Assembly (NCBI GenBank): GCA_046728115.1
Contig: JBKPDW010000197.1
Span: 16,151-80,150, forward strand
Origin: Acidobacteriota bacterium
GTDB taxonomy: Bacteria; Acidobacteriota; Vicinamibacteria; Vicinamibacterales; CAVVIG01
DNA: 64,000 nt
Direction: 5' to 3'
Shown here: one piece after another, positions 44,327 to 54,961 of the stretch
How the letters are laid out: the number at the start of each line of letters is the position of its first letter
How positions within the stretch are numbered: the stretch's first letter is position 1
Notes under the pieces: model-generated
What the model saw: only the letters and a program-made list of their open reading frames with translations
The model's database searches: none
What the model was told of the DNA's origin: nothing
Program-made: the position numbers and the translations under genes

Positions 44327-45472
44327 ATGATCCGTCCGACCGTCGCGCGCATCGATCTCGAAGCTCTGAAATCCAACTATCGACAGATCGTGGCGTTCGT
44401 TTCGGGAACCGGGGCTGGGGCTGCTGGCTCCGGTCCTGGTCCTCGGGTGACGGCCGTAGTCAAAGCGAACGCGTACGGCCACGGTGCCGTGCAAATCGCG
44501 CTCGCGCTCGAAGAGGCCGGCGCTGATTCTCTCGCATGCGCCGACATCGAGGAAGGAACGACGCTCCGTGCCGCTGGAGTCCGCGCCGAGATTCTGGTTT
44601 TCGGTGCCCTCAGCGTCAGCGACCTCGATGGGATCTTCGACGGAGTGTTGACGCCGACGATCTCGACGCCGGGCGCTGCGCGCGCGGTGCAGGCGGCGGC
44701 CGCAAGGCATCGCCAGCAGGTGCGCTATCACCTGAAGATCGACACCGGCATGAACCGGTTGGGTTTCCGGCACGACAATCTGCGCCGGACCCTGCCTGAT
44801 CTGCTTGCCAGCCCCAATCTCGAGCTCGCGGCCATCTACACACATTTCGCCACCGCGGACGATCCGGAGTCGCCGCTGTTCAACGAGCAGCGCCTGCGGT
44901 TCGAGGGGGCGGTGGCGGTCATCGGTGACCTCCGTCCCTCCTCCAACCGTCCCCCTTACCTCCACGCCGCCAACAGCGCCGCGCTGTTGCGCGATTCGCG
45001 CGTCTGGTACGACTGCGTCCGGCCGGGCCTGCTCTTGTACGGCCTGGTTCCGCCGCCACTTGCCTCGACGCTCCCACTCACGCCGGTGATGGCGTTGACC
45101 AGCCGCATCGTCGCGGTGAAGGGCATTCGTCCGGGCGAAGGCGTCGGCTACGGTGTGAGATTCACGGCCCACGAACCGAGACAGATTGCCATCGTTCCAG
45201 CAGGGTACGCCGATGGACTCGATCTACGCCTGGCGGGTCCCGCCAACGTCCTGATTCGTGGCCGGCGCGCGCCGATTGTGGGCTCGGTGTGTATGGACAT
45301 GCTGATGGCGGACGTGACCGGCCTGGACGCCTCGCCTGGCGACGAGGTGGTCATCATCGGTTCCCAAGGCGCCGATCGCATCGACGTTCGTGAGATGGCT
45401 GCACAGATTGGTACGATTCCGTACGAGATCCTGTGCAGGATTGGAAGCAGAATCGAGCGCGTTTACTCGTGA
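44327..45472 (+). CDS. alr: Alanine racemase
   Basis: VVKANAYGHGAV (PLP lysine), and C-terminal VCMDMLMADVT...IPYEILCRIGSRIERVY. Confidence 0.92.
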   Translation: MIRPTVARIDLEALKSNYRQIVAFVSGTGAGAAGSGPGPRVTAVVKANAYGHGAVQIALALEEAGADSLACADIEEGTTLRAAGVRAEILVFGALSVSDLDGIFDGVLTPTISTPGAARAVQAAAARHRQQVRYHLKIDTGMNRLGFRHDNLRRTLPDLLASPNLELAAIYTHFATADDPESPLFNEQRLRFEGAVAVIGDLRPSSNRPPYLHAANSAALLRDSRVWYDCVRPGLLLYGLVPPPLASTLPLTPVMALTSRIVAVKGIRPGEGVGYGVRFTAHEPRQIAIVPAGYADGLDLRLAGPANVLIRGRRAPIVGSVCMDMLMADVTGLDASPGDEVVIIGSQGADRIDVREMAAQIGTIPYEILCRIGSRIERVYS

Positions 45473-45553
45473 ATCTGGTAATTTGGTAATCGGGTAATCT
45501 GGTAATTGGATTGCTCAATCGCCCAATCCAATTACTCGATTACACGATTACCT
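45473..45553. repeat. GGTAAT word hairpin (exact 8-nt period) between alr and radA
   Basis: Left arm GGTAATTT GGTAATCG GGTAATCT GGTAATTG GATTG (45477-45513). Right arm CAATCCAATTACTCGATTACACGATTACC (45524-45552). About 29-bp imperfect stem. Confidence 0.8.
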
Positions 45554-45560
45554 CGTTGCC

Positions 45561-47030
45561 ATGCCGAAGCGTGCCCCGACCGTCTTTGTCTGTCAGGAAT
45601 GCGGCGCGCAGTCGCCCAAACAGCAGGGCCGCTGCTTCGACTGCGGCGCGTGGAACTCTTTCGTCGAGGAACGTGCGCAGGACGCGGGTGGGGCGCCGCC
45701 TGCTGGACATCGATACGCGCTCGCAGGTTCCTCCGGATCGGCGCGGCTGTACGCGGACATCGAGATGGAGAACTGCTCGCGACTCGGCACCGGCATCGAC
45801 GAACTGGATCGCGTCCTGGGCGGAGGGGTCGTGCCCGGGTCGCTTGTGCTGCTGGGCGGCGAGCCGGGGATCGGCAAGTCGACGTTACTCCTTCAAGCCG
45901 CTGCGAATCTGGCGCGAACGGCCGGGCCGGTGCTCTACAGCTCCGGCGAGGAATCCGAGCATCAGATCAAGTCACGTGGCGAACGGCTCGCCGTGGGCGA
46001 CGCGCCGCTCTATCTGCTTGCGGAAACGTGCCTCGAGCGAATCCTGGAAGAAATCGCGCGCCTCAAGCCCGCGTTGATCGTCGTGGACTCGGTGCAGACT
46101 ATCTTCTCCCTGAAGTTTCAGTCGGCGCCAGGCAGTATCGGTCAGGTCCGAGAAGCGGCGACACAGCTGCTGTTCACCGCGAAAGGACACAACATCCCCA
46201 CGTTTCTCGTGGGACACGTCACCAAGGACGGCAGCCTCGCCGGCCCGAAGGCGCTCGAGCACGTCGTCGATACCGTTCTGTACTTCGAGGGTGAGCGCCA
46301 CCACTCGCACCGCGTGGTCCGCGCGGTGAAGAACCGTTTTGGTGCGATTAGCGAACTCGGCGTGTTCGAGATGACGTCGAACGGCCTGCGGCCAGTGCCC
46401 AACCCTTCGAAGATGTTCCTCGCCGAGCGGCCGAACAACGCGCCGGGCTCTGCCGTCCTGTGCTCGGTCGAGGGCTCACGGCCGATTCTGGTGGAAGTGC
46501 AGGCGCTCGTCAGCTCCAGTTCCTACGGCATGGCCCGCCGGACCGCGAACGGCATCGATCAGCAACGATTAGCGCTGCTTCTCGCGGTGCTCGAAAAGCG
46601 CGCCGGTCTGAACCTGATCGGCGACGATGTGTTCGTGAATATTGCGGGAGGGATGACGGTCGACGAGCCCGCATCCGATCTCGGGGTCGTCGCCGCGATT
46701 GCCTCGAGCGTGAGAAATCGCGTGATTCCGGCGACAACCGCGATGTTCGGCGAAGTTGGTCTGGCGGGCGAAGTGCGCGCGATCTCGCAAGCGTCGCTCC
46801 GTGTCCGCGAAGCCGCGCAGATGGGGTTCAAACGCTGCATCATGCCCGAAGCGAATATCGATCCGGACGCTCGCCTGAAAGGCTCGCGCGACGATGAACA
46901 TGCTCGCCGGAAAGGATCGCGCGACGAAGAAGACGCGCACCTGACCGGATCGCGCGGCGAAGAAAACGGCGGCTGCGAGCTCGTCGGCGTCCGAACGATC
47001 GGTGAAGCGCTCGACGCGGCCCTGAGTTAA
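45561..47030 (+). CDS. radA: DNA repair protein RadA/Sms
   Basis: N-terminal Zn finger FVCQECGAQSPKQQGRCFDCGAWNSF, Walker A GGEPGIGKSTL, KNRFG motif, and a Lon-like C-domain. Carries a 3x11-aa repeat insertion near the C-terminus. Confidence 0.95.
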   Translation: MPKRAPTVFVCQECGAQSPKQQGRCFDCGAWNSFVEERAQDAGGAPPAGHRYALAGSSGSARLYADIEMENCSRLGTGIDELDRVLGGGVVPGSLVLLGGEPGIGKSTLLLQAAANLARTAGPVLYSSGEESEHQIKSRGERLAVGDAPLYLLAETCLERILEEIARLKPALIVVDSVQTIFSLKFQSAPGSIGQVREAATQLLFTAKGHNIPTFLVGHVTKDGSLAGPKALEHVVDTVLYFEGERHHSHRVVRAVKNRFGAISELGVFEMTSNGLRPVPNPSKMFLAERPNNAPGSAVLCSVEGSRPILVEVQALVSSSSYGMARRTANGIDQQRLALLLAVLEKRAGLNLIGDDVFVNIAGGMTVDEPASDLGVVAAIASSVRNRVIPATTAMFGEVGLAGEVRAISQASLRVREAAQMGFKRCIMPEANIDPDARLKGSRDDEHARRKGSRDEEDAHLTGSRGEENGGCELVGVRTIGEALDAALS

Positions 47031-47047
47031 CCGCGTCGAGTTTCTTG

Positions 47048-47120
47048 CCCAACCCCTAATCCCTTACCAATCCCTACCGCCCAATCCCGCAATCCCTTAC
47101 CCGATCGCCAATCCCCAGCC
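47048..47120. repeat. AATCCC word array between convergent radA and hydrolase genes
   Basis: CCCAACCCCTAATCCCTTACCAATCCCTACCGCCCAATCCCGCAATCCCTTACCCGATCGCCAATCCCCAGCC. It is the reverse-complement word of the GGGATT arrays at 57441-58118. Confidence 0.75.
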
Positions 47121-48044
<924 letters not shown>

Positions 48045-48122
48045 CGGCGCCTGCGCCTGGATGGCGGATGCCTATGAGCTCCTTGTCACGAGGACATTCT
48101 GCACAAAACGGCCCTGGGGCGC

Positions 48123-48950
48123 ATGGTAAATTGTAGGCGTTCGATCGTCACCATGCCGATTGCGGATCAGCCACTCACGCGATCGCCCGATCGCAGATTT
48201 TCCTCGCCCGTTCCGCCGTACCACTGGTGGCGGACGGTCTTCTTCTTGATTCCGGCCATCAGCATCTATACGCTCGTCCTCGGCGCCGCGTCCATTGCGT
48301 CGAGCCTGTTCGACCGCCGCGGCTACTTCGCGCACAGATGCGCCCGCGCATGGTCGTCGCTGATCCTGAAGACAACCGGCGTGCGCGTGACGCTGCACGG
48401 TCTCGATCGCATCAGGCCCGGCACCACATACGTGTTCGTGTCGAATCACCAGAGCATCTACGACATCCCGGTGATCTTCGCATCGCTGCCGTATCAGCTG
48501 CGGATCATCGCGAAGGCGTCCCTTGCGCGTTTTCCCGTGCTGGGATGGCATCTGGCGCGCGGGGGCCACCTCTTCGTCGATCGGCGGAATCCCAACCGAT
48601 CGGGCATTCTGAAGCGGTGGCGTGCGCTCGTCTCCGAAGAGCTGTCGCTCATCATCTTCGCGGAGGGCACTCGAAGCTGGGACGGTCACGTCGCACGCTT
48701 CAAAGCCGGAAGTTTCCTGCTCGCTATCGAAGCAGGCCTGCCGATCGTCCCGCTGGCCGTGATCGGTACGCGCCGGGTGATGCCGAAGGGAAGGCTGCGC
48801 ACGGAGCCTGCGTCGGTCGAGCTCGTCGTGCACGATCCGATTCAGCCGCCCGCCATCGGCGATGTCGGAGTGCACGGCGCCAAGACCCTCGCCGATCGCG
48901 TGCACGCGATTGTTGCCGCCACGGTCGAGGCGCGGCAGTTCTCGAAATAG
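48123..48950 (+). CDS. plsC: 1-acyl-sn-glycerol-3-phosphate acyltransferase
   Basis: FVSNHQSIYD (HX4D motif), FAEGTRS, and IVPLAVIG. Confidence 0.85.
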   Translation: MVNCRRSIVTMPIADQPLTRSPDRRFSSPVPPYHWWRTVFFLIPAISIYTLVLGAASIASSLFDRRGYFAHRCARAWSSLILKTTGVRVTLHGLDRIRPGTTYVFVSNHQSIYDIPVIFASLPYQLRIIAKASLARFPVLGWHLARGGHLFVDRRNPNRSGILKRWRALVSEELSLIIFAEGTRSWDGHVARFKAGSFLLAIEAGLPIVPLAVIGTRRVMPKGRLRTEPASVELVVHDPIQPPAIGDVGVHGAKTLADRVHAIVAATVEARQFSK

Positions 48951-48990
48951 GGGCTTCGTGTTTTCGCGCCTTCGTGGTTGCAGTTGACAC

Positions 48991-50199
48991 ATGCGAGTTT
49001 CGGCCATCATTGCCGCTGGGGGACGCGGCTCGCGGTTTGGCGGCGGCGAGCTCAAGCAGTTGCGGCTCGTGGCCGGCCGCGCCATTCTCGATCGCAGCGT
49101 CAGCGCGTTCGTCGCGCATCCTTCGATTGCCGAGGTGATCGTCGCGCTCCCTGAAGCGCTCGCGGCCGATCCGCCCTCGTACTTGCGGACGCCCTCGGTT
49201 CGAGTCGTTGCCGGCGGCGAACGCCGACAGGATTCGGTGGCAGAAGCGTTCCGAGCGTCGAATCCTTCCAGCGACATCATTGTGATCCACGACGCTGCGC
49301 GCCCGTTTGTTACGAGCGATCTGATCGCCAGAACCGTCGCCGCCGCGGTAGAGACCGGCGCGGCCGTCGCGGCCGTGCAAGCACGGGAGACGGTGAAGCT
49401 CGCGACAGGTGATCCGCTGCGCCAGGATTCGCGCGAACGCGGCCGCTACGTGCAACGAACGTTGCCGCGCGAGACCGTCTTCCTGGCGCAGACGCCGCAG
49501 GCCTTCCGCCGCGCCATCCTCGCCGCGGCGCTCGAGGCAGGGGAGCGAGAGTCGATGGTGGCCACCGACGAAGCGTGTCTTGCCGAGCGGGCCGGCTACC
49601 CGGTTCGGCTCGTCACAGGGGAGCCGTCGAACATCAAGATCACGACACCAGACGATATGACCCTTGCGGAAGTCATTGCTCGCGAGCCGCACGCAGCCGG
49701 CCGTCCCGCGAGAACGGGCCGCGCGGGCACGGGCTACGACCTGCACCGCCTGGTCGAAGGGCGCCCGCTGCTCGTCTGCGGTGTGAAGGTTCCGTCCTCT
49801 CGCGGTGCGCTGGGCCATTCGGACGCGGATGTCGGCTGCCACGCGATCGTGGATGCGATGTTCGGCGCCCTCGGCCTTGGCGATATCGGCCGGCACTTCC
49901 CCGATGCGGACGAGCGTTGGAGGGACGCATCGAGCCTGGATCTGCTCGCACGAACCGCAGCCATGGTTGCCGAGCAGGGATACGAAGTCGGCAACGTGGA
50001 CGTCACCATCGTCCTCGAAGCACCGAAGCTTCGGGATCATGTGGACGCGATGCGCCGCGCGATCGCCGCCGCAATCGGCATCGACGTCGCCCGCGTGAGC
50101 GTCAAGGCAAAAACCAACGAAGGCATGGATGCGATCGGGCGCGGCGATGCGATTGCGGCGCATGCCGTGGCGCTCGTTCGTTCGGCTGGTCGCACGTAG
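48991..50199 (+). CDS. ispDF: Bifunctional IspD/IspF (MEP cytidylyltransferase / MEcPP synthase)
   Basis: N-terminal AIIAAGGRGSRFG. C-terminal GTGYDLHRL...LGHSDADVGCHAIVDAMFGALGLGDIGRHFPD. Confidence 0.92.
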   Translation: MRVSAIIAAGGRGSRFGGGELKQLRLVAGRAILDRSVSAFVAHPSIAEVIVALPEALAADPPSYLRTPSVRVVAGGERRQDSVAEAFRASNPSSDIIVIHDAARPFVTSDLIARTVAAAVETGAAVAAVQARETVKLATGDPLRQDSRERGRYVQRTLPRETVFLAQTPQAFRRAILAAALEAGERESMVATDEACLAERAGYPVRLVTGEPSNIKITTPDDMTLAEVIAREPHAAGRPARTGRAGTGYDLHRLVEGRPLLVCGVKVPSSRGALGHSDADVGCHAIVDAMFGALGLGDIGRHFPDADERWRDASSLDLLARTAAMVAEQGYEVGNVDVTIVLEAPKLRDHVDAMRRAIAAAIGIDVARVSVKAKTNEGMDAIGRGDAIAAHAVALVRSAGRT

Positions 50200-50231
50200 C
50201 GGTAAAGCCACCTGCCATGTGACCATGAGCC

Positions 50232-51776
50232 ATGCGAGTTCGTTTCGCTCCTAGTCCGACCGGGCACCTGCACGTCGGCAACGCCCGCACGGCGCTGTTC
50301 AACTGGCTGGTCGTGCGGGGATCGGGCGGAACGTTCATCCTGCGCATCGAGGACACCGATTCGGAGCGCTCCACGCTCGAGTCCGAGAATTCGATGCTGC
50401 GCGATCTCCGCTGGCTTGGACTGGATTGGAACGAAGGCCCCGACGTTGGCGGTTCGCACGGCCCGTATCGTCAGTCGGAGCGCCTGCACCTCTATCACTC
50501 TTACGCTAAGGAACTTCTCGGCTCGGAGGCAGCCTACTTCTGTTTTTGCTCGGTGGCGCAGCTCGAAGCGGATCGCCAGGACGCACTCGCGGCCGGACGG
50601 CCCGCGCACTACGTCGGACGATGCCGCCGTTTGTCGCGCGGCGAGGCGTTCGCGCGGATCGAAAACGGCGAACGTCCCGCGATCCGTTTTCGTGTACCCG
50701 AGCAGCGCGACGTTGTCTTCACCGACGTCGTCCGGGGCGAAGTCCGATTCCACACGAGCGTCATCGGCGATCCGATCATTGTCCGTGCCGACGGCCATCC
50801 CGCCTACAACTTTGCTGTCGTCGTGGACGATGCGCTGATGGAGGTGACGCACGTCATCCGCGGCGAGGATCACATCTCGAACACGCCGCGTCAGATTCTG
50901 CTGTATGAGGCGCTTGGATTCGCGCCTCCAGCGTTTGCGCACCTGGCGCTGGTCCTGGGGCCCGATCACAGCCCGCTATCGAAGCGGCACGGCGCCACAT
51001 CGGTGGCCGAGTTTCGCGCAAAAGGCTACCTGCCCGAAGCGCTCGTCAACTATCTCGCATTGATCGGATGGTCGCCCGGCAACGACGATGAACTGCTGCC
51101 GATCGACGAGCTGGTGCGGCGGTTCTCGCTGGACGCGGTCGGGCACAGCGCCGGTGTGTTCGACGAGGAGAAGCTCGCGTGGGTGAACCGGCACTACATG
51201 AAGCTCGCGGATCCGATGCGTCTTGCCGGCCTCACGGTTCCGTTCTTCCGGCAGGCCGGCCTTCGAATGTCGCCTGACGAGCGCGGCCTCGAGTTTCTCG
51301 CCCAGGCCATGCCGATGGCGAACTCCTGGGTCGATCGCCTCAGTCAGGTGCCAGACCGTCTCGGGTTCTTGTTCGAATTCGATCCGCGCGCCGCCTTGAT
51401 GGTGCCGGAAGTATCCGACGAGATACGCACGGACGACGCGCGAGCCGTTGTCACGGCGCTCGCAGCGGCGCTGGCGTCGGCGCCACCGCTCGATCGCGAC
51501 GCGTTTCGCGCGGTTGCCGATCAGGTGAAGGCTCAGACCGGCCGAAAAGGTCGCGCTCTGTTTCATCCTATCCGCGTTGCGTTGACGGGTCGGGCCGAGG
51601 GGCCCGAGCTCGATCTCGCCGTGCCTGCGATTGATCGGGGCGCGGCGCTGCCGTCGAGCGCGGGCCTTCCGCCGATTCTCGGGAATCGCAAACGCGCGGC
51701 GGCATTTGCGCGGGCGTTGGAAAATCTTCACCACGGAGGAGACAGGGAACAGGGGGACTCGAGGCTTATCGAGTGA
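50232..51776 (+). CDS. gltX: Glutamate--tRNA ligase
   Basis: RVRFAPSPTGHLHVGNARTALFNW (HIGH) and PLSKRHG (KMSKS-like). The last roughly 17 codons and the stop lie inside repeat copy E. Confidence 0.95.
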   Translation: MRVRFAPSPTGHLHVGNARTALFNWLVVRGSGGTFILRIEDTDSERSTLESENSMLRDLRWLGLDWNEGPDVGGSHGPYRQSERLHLYHSYAKELLGSEAAYFCFCSVAQLEADRQDALAAGRPAHYVGRCRRLSRGEAFARIENGERPAIRFRVPEQRDVVFTDVVRGEVRFHTSVIGDPIIVRADGHPAYNFAVVVDDALMEVTHVIRGEDHISNTPRQILLYEALGFAPPAFAHLALVLGPDHSPLSKRHGATSVAEFRAKGYLPEALVNYLALIGWSPGNDDELLPIDELVRRFSLDAVGHSAGVFDEEKLAWVNRHYMKLADPMRLAGLTVPFFRQAGLRMSPDERGLEFLAQAMPMANSWVDRLSQVPDRLGFLFEFDPRAALMVPEVSDEIRTDDARAVVTALAAALASAPPLDRDAFRAVADQVKAQTGRKGRALFHPIRVALTGRAEGPELDLAVPAIDRGAALPSSAGLPPILGNRKRAAAFARALENLHHGGDREQGDSRLIE

Positions 51777-51810
51777 CGATCCTCCGTGTCCCTTGTGTCC
51801 TCGGTGGCGG
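51725..51810 (+). repeat. Palindromic intergenic element, CACCACGGAGGACAC family, copy E (overlaps the gltX 3' end)
   Basis: aTCTTCACCACGGAGGAGACAGGGAACAGGGGGActcgaggcttatcgagtgacgaTCCTCCGTGTCCCTTGTGTCCTCGGTGGCGG. Confidence 0.8.
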
Positions 51811-51821
51811 CGAACTTCACG

Positions 51822-52547
51822 ATGAGGATCTACGGCATCAATCCCGTCCTCGAAGCGCTGCGCGCGCGGCGTGCGACGGCGATCCGGGTCTCGTCTCGTG
51901 CCGACGATCGCCTGACTGACCTCGTTCGCCTCGCCGAATCGCAGGGCGTGCGCGTGCAGCGCGTCAGCGCCGCGGATCTCGATCGGGCTGCGGGCGGAAT
52001 GTCACGGCATCAGGGCGTGGTTGCCGATGTCCGAGCGCAGGATGCCGGGGGCATCGACGACCTGCTGGCCGGCGCGCGTGGCGCGCCGCTGATTCTCGTC
52101 CTGGACGGCGTCGAAGATCCCCACAATGTCGGGGCGATTGTGCGAACGGTGGACGCGGCAGGCGCGGATGGCGTGATCCGTCAGTCGCGGCACGCGGCGC
52201 GGCTCGACGGCGCGGCGGCGAAGGCGTCGGCGGGCGCGGTCTCTCACGTGAAGATTGTGGAAGTCGTCAACATCGCGCGGGCGTTGGAAACCCTCAAAGC
52301 AGCCGGCGTCTGGACGATCGCTCTCGCCGGCGACGCGTCTAAACAGTACAGCGACCTGGATCTCACGCTGCCGACGGCGCTGGTCGTCGGCGCCGAGGGT
52401 GTCGGGCTGCGGCGGCTGGTGCGGGAGCGGTGCGACTGGGAAGCGGCGATTCCGCTTGCGGGCCACGTTCAAAGTTTGAACGTCTCGGTGGCGGCCGGGA
52501 TCGCTCTGTTCGAAGCCGTCCGTCAGCGCCGTCTCCGCCAGCCATAA
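51822..52547 (+). CDS. rlmB: 23S rRNA (guanosine-2'-O)-methyltransferase RlmB (SpoU/TrmH family)
   Basis: MRIYGINPVLEAL..., LDGVEDPHNVGAIVRT and SLNVSVAAGIALFE (SPOUT motifs). Confidence 0.85.
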   Translation: MRIYGINPVLEALRARRATAIRVSSRADDRLTDLVRLAESQGVRVQRVSAADLDRAAGGMSRHQGVVADVRAQDAGGIDDLLAGARGAPLILVLDGVEDPHNVGAIVRTVDAAGADGVIRQSRHAARLDGAAAKASAGAVSHVKIVEVVNIARALETLKAAGVWTIALAGDASKQYSDLDLTLPTALVVGAEGVGLRRLVRERCDWEAAIPLAGHVQSLNVSVAAGIALFEAVRQRRLRQP

Positions 52548-52643
52548 ACGGGGCGCAGGCGGTCCCGCACCGGGCCTAGTCTGTGTACAATAGAGGGTTG
52601 CGGAGAGGCGGGTCAGCTCATCAATTGAAGGGAGTTCGTGCGC

Positions 52644-52673
52644 TTGCGCGACTGGCACGAGACGTGCTAAAGT
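52644..52673 (+). promoter_or_regulatory. Candidate promoter of the tRNA-tuf cluster
   Basis: TTGCGC (52644-52649), an 18-nt spacer, then TAAAGT (52668-52673). It sits about 15 nt before tRNA-Thr. Weak match only. Confidence 0.3.
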
Positions 52674-52687
52674 GCACCTTTTGTCTG

Positions 52688-52764
52688 GCTGGCGTAGCTC
52701 AGTCCGGTAGAGCAGCTGATTTGTAATCAGCCGGTCGGGGGTTCAAATCCCTTCGCCAGCTCCA
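52688..52764 (+). tRNA. tRNA-Thr (anticodon UGU), CCA encoded
   Basis: gctggcgtagctcagtccggtagagca gctgaTTTGTAAtcagc ...ggttcaaatccc ttcgccagcTCCA. Confidence 0.93.
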
Positions 52765-52828
52765 TCGACCGAGTACACAAGAGCCGGTAAGCATCAGAAA
52801 CACGCGTTTCCATACTCACAGACGAATT

Positions 52829-52915
52829 GGCGAGGTAGCGAAGCGGTCAAACGCAGCAGACTGTAAATCTGTCGCCCTAGCGGCTTCGAAGGTTCGAGTC
52901 CTTCCCTCGCCACCA
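52829..52915 (+). tRNA. tRNA-Tyr (anticodon GUA), long variable arm, CCA encoded
   Basis: ggcgagg...gcagaCTGTAAAtctgt cgccctagcggcttc gaaggttcgagtccttc cctcgccACCA. Confidence 0.92.
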
Positions 52916-53130
52916 TTGGACTCGGCCCTGCGGGCCTCGCTGATGGCAGGCCCGCCGGGGTCGAGACGAATGCCATGAGCCGCTGCGTGAGCGGAGTTGA
53001 AGGTGGCGAGCAAGCAGTCGAAGGCAGCCTGAAGGCGGTTGATTGCAACGTGCGTGAGCGGGAACAAGAGCGTGATTGGGCAGGTGTTGTGCCGCGCGAA
53101 GCGGCTAGGCGGCGAAGAGCGAGCCCGAAG

Positions 53131-53205
53131 GCGGGAGTAACTCAGTGGTAGAGTCACAGCCTTCCAAGCTGTTGGTCGCGGGTTCGATCCCCGTCTCCCG
53201 CTCCA
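53131..53205 (+). tRNA. tRNA-Gly (anticodon UCC), CCA encoded
   Basis: gcgggagtaactcagtggtagagtcacagcCTTCCAAgctgt...ggttcgatccc cgtctcccgcTCCA. Confidence 0.93.
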
Positions 53206-53384
53206 GCCTTCGCCGCGAGCTACGGCTCGGCGGGCCGAAGCGCGAAGCGCGCACGCTGCCGCCTGTGGCGAGCCAGGTCTCGAGCGGACGTGGTCACGCC
53301 GTAGCTTCGCGACGCGGTAAGGCGGACGGTTTGGCTCTGGAGAACGGTCGGCCGACTTGTCAGGTCGAAGCGCGAAGCGCGAAG
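53206..53384 (+). repeat. tRNA-trailing structured spacer, copy 1 (GCCTTCGC...GCTACGGC...AAGGCGGAC...GCGAAGG)
   Basis: Begins GCCTTCGCCGCGAGCTACGGC directly after the CCA. Contains the inverted partner GCCGTAGCTTCGCGACGCGGTAAGGCGGAC. Ends GTCGAAGCGCGAAGCGCGAAG at the next tRNA. Confidence 0.6.
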
Positions 53385-53460
<76 letters not shown>

Positions 53461-53594
53461 GCCTTCGCCCGCCGCGTGGTTTTGATTCGCGGCGGGCTAC
53501 GGCTTGACCGGCGAGCCGCGATCACGCCGTGGCTCGGCGAAGCCGAGCGAAGGCGGACGCTTCACGTTGAGTAGATAAACGAGGCAGAGACGAC
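53461..53594 (+). repeat. tRNA-trailing structured spacer, copy 2
   Basis: GCCTTCGCCCGCCGCGtggttttgattCGCGGCGGGCTACGGC...GAGCGAAGGCGGACGC. It precedes tuf. Confidence 0.6.
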
Positions 53595-54794
53595 ATGGCC
53601 AAAGAAAAATTCGACCGCAGCAAACCGCACGTGAACGTGGGCACGATTGGACACATCGACCACGGCAAGACGACGTTGACAGCCGCGCTCACGAAAGTCG
53701 CGGCCGACAAGGGATGGGCGAAGTTTGTTTCGTACGACGAGGTCGCCAAGGCGTCCGAGTCGCAGGGCCGCCGCGACGAAACGAAGATCCTGACCATCGC
53801 GACGAGCCACGTCGAGTATTCGACGGCGAATCGCCATTACGCCCACGTCGACTGCCCGGGCCACGCTGACTACATCAAGAACATGATCACTGGCGCGGCG
53901 CAGATGGATGGCGCGATCGTCGTCGTGAGCGCCGTCGACGGCCCGATGCCGCAGACGCGCGAGCACGTCCTGCTCGCCCGCCAGGTTAACGTGCCGTATC
54001 TCGTCGTCGCGCTCAACAAAGTGGACGCGATCGACGATCCCGAGCTCATCGATCTCGTGGAGCTCGAGGTGCGGGACCTGTTGAAATCGTACGGCTTCCC
54101 CGGCGATGACATCCCCGTCGTGCGTCTCTCGGCGCTCAAGGCACTGCAGGGCGATCCGGACGGCATCGCGGGCGTTGTCAAGCTCATGGAAGCGCTCGAC
54201 AGCTACGTGCCGCTGCCGCAGCGCGAAGTGGACAAGCCGTTCCTGATGCCGATCGAAGACGTGTTCTCGATCTCGGGCCGCGGCACGGTCGTCACGGGCC
54301 GCGTCGAGCGCGGCAAGGTGAAGGTGGGCGAGGAAATCGAAATCGTCGGCTTCCGCCCGACGGAGAAGAAGGTTGTGACCGGCGTCGAGATGTTCCGCAA
54401 GTTGCTCGATGAAGGCGTCGCCGGCGACAACATCGGCGTTCTGCTGCGCGGCGTGGAAAAAGACGACGTCGAACGGGGACAGGTGCTGGCCAAGCCGGGC
54501 AGCATCAAGCCGCACACGAAGTTCAAGGGCACGGTCTACATCCTGTCGAAGGAGGAAGGCGGCCGTCATACGCCCTTCTTCAACGGATATCGTCCGCAGT
54601 TCTACATCCGCACCACGGACGTCACGGGCACGTTGAATCTGCCGGAAGGCGTCGAGATGGTGATGCCGGGCGACAACACGACGATCACGGGCGACCTGAT
54701 GGCGCCGGTCGCGCTCGAAAAAGGGGCCCGCTTCGCCATCCGCGAAGGCGGTCGAACCGTCGGCGCCGGCACGGTAGAAGAAGTGATCGATTAA
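53595..54794 (+). CDS. tuf: Elongation factor Tu
   Basis: [25 protein letters not shown] and NKVD. 399 aa. Confidence 0.98.
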   Translation: MAKEKFDRSKPHVNVGTIGHIDHGKTTLTAALTKVAADKGWAKFVSYDEVAKASESQGRRDETKILTIATSHVEYSTANRHYAHVDCPGHADYIKNMITGAAQMDGAIVVVSAVDGPMPQTREHVLLARQVNVPYLVVALNKVDAIDDPELIDLVELEVRDLLKSYGFPGDDIPVVRLSALKALQGDPDGIAGVVKLMEALDSYVPLPQREVDKPFLMPIEDVFSISGRGTVVTGRVERGKVKVGEEIEIVGFRPTEKKVVTGVEMFRKLLDEGVAGDNIGVLLRGVEKDDVERGQVLAKPGSIKPHTKFKGTVYILSKEEGGRHTPFFNGYRPQFYIRTTDVTGTLNLPEGVEMVMPGDNTTITGDLMAPVALEKGARFAIREGGRTVGAGTVEEVID

Positions 54795-54811
54795 CGGCCA
54801 GAGATGCAGCC

Positions 54812-54961
54812 ATGAGAGACATCGTCGCGATGGCCTGCACCGAGTGCAAGCGTCGCAACTACAGTACGACGAAGAACAAGAAGAAGACGACGGAACGGCT
54901 GGAATTCAGCAAGTTCTGCCGGTACTGCCGCAAGCACACGGCGCATCGCGAGTCGAAGTAA
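54812..54961 (+). CDS. rpmG: 50S ribosomal protein L33 (49 aa; below the ORF-track length cutoff)
   Basis: My translation gives [49 protein letters not shown]. It has CxxC...CxxC and sits in the tuf-rpmG-tRNA-Trp-secE position. Confidence 0.88.
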   Translation: MRDIVAMACTECKRRNYSTTKNKKKTTERLEFSKFCRYCRKHTAHRESK

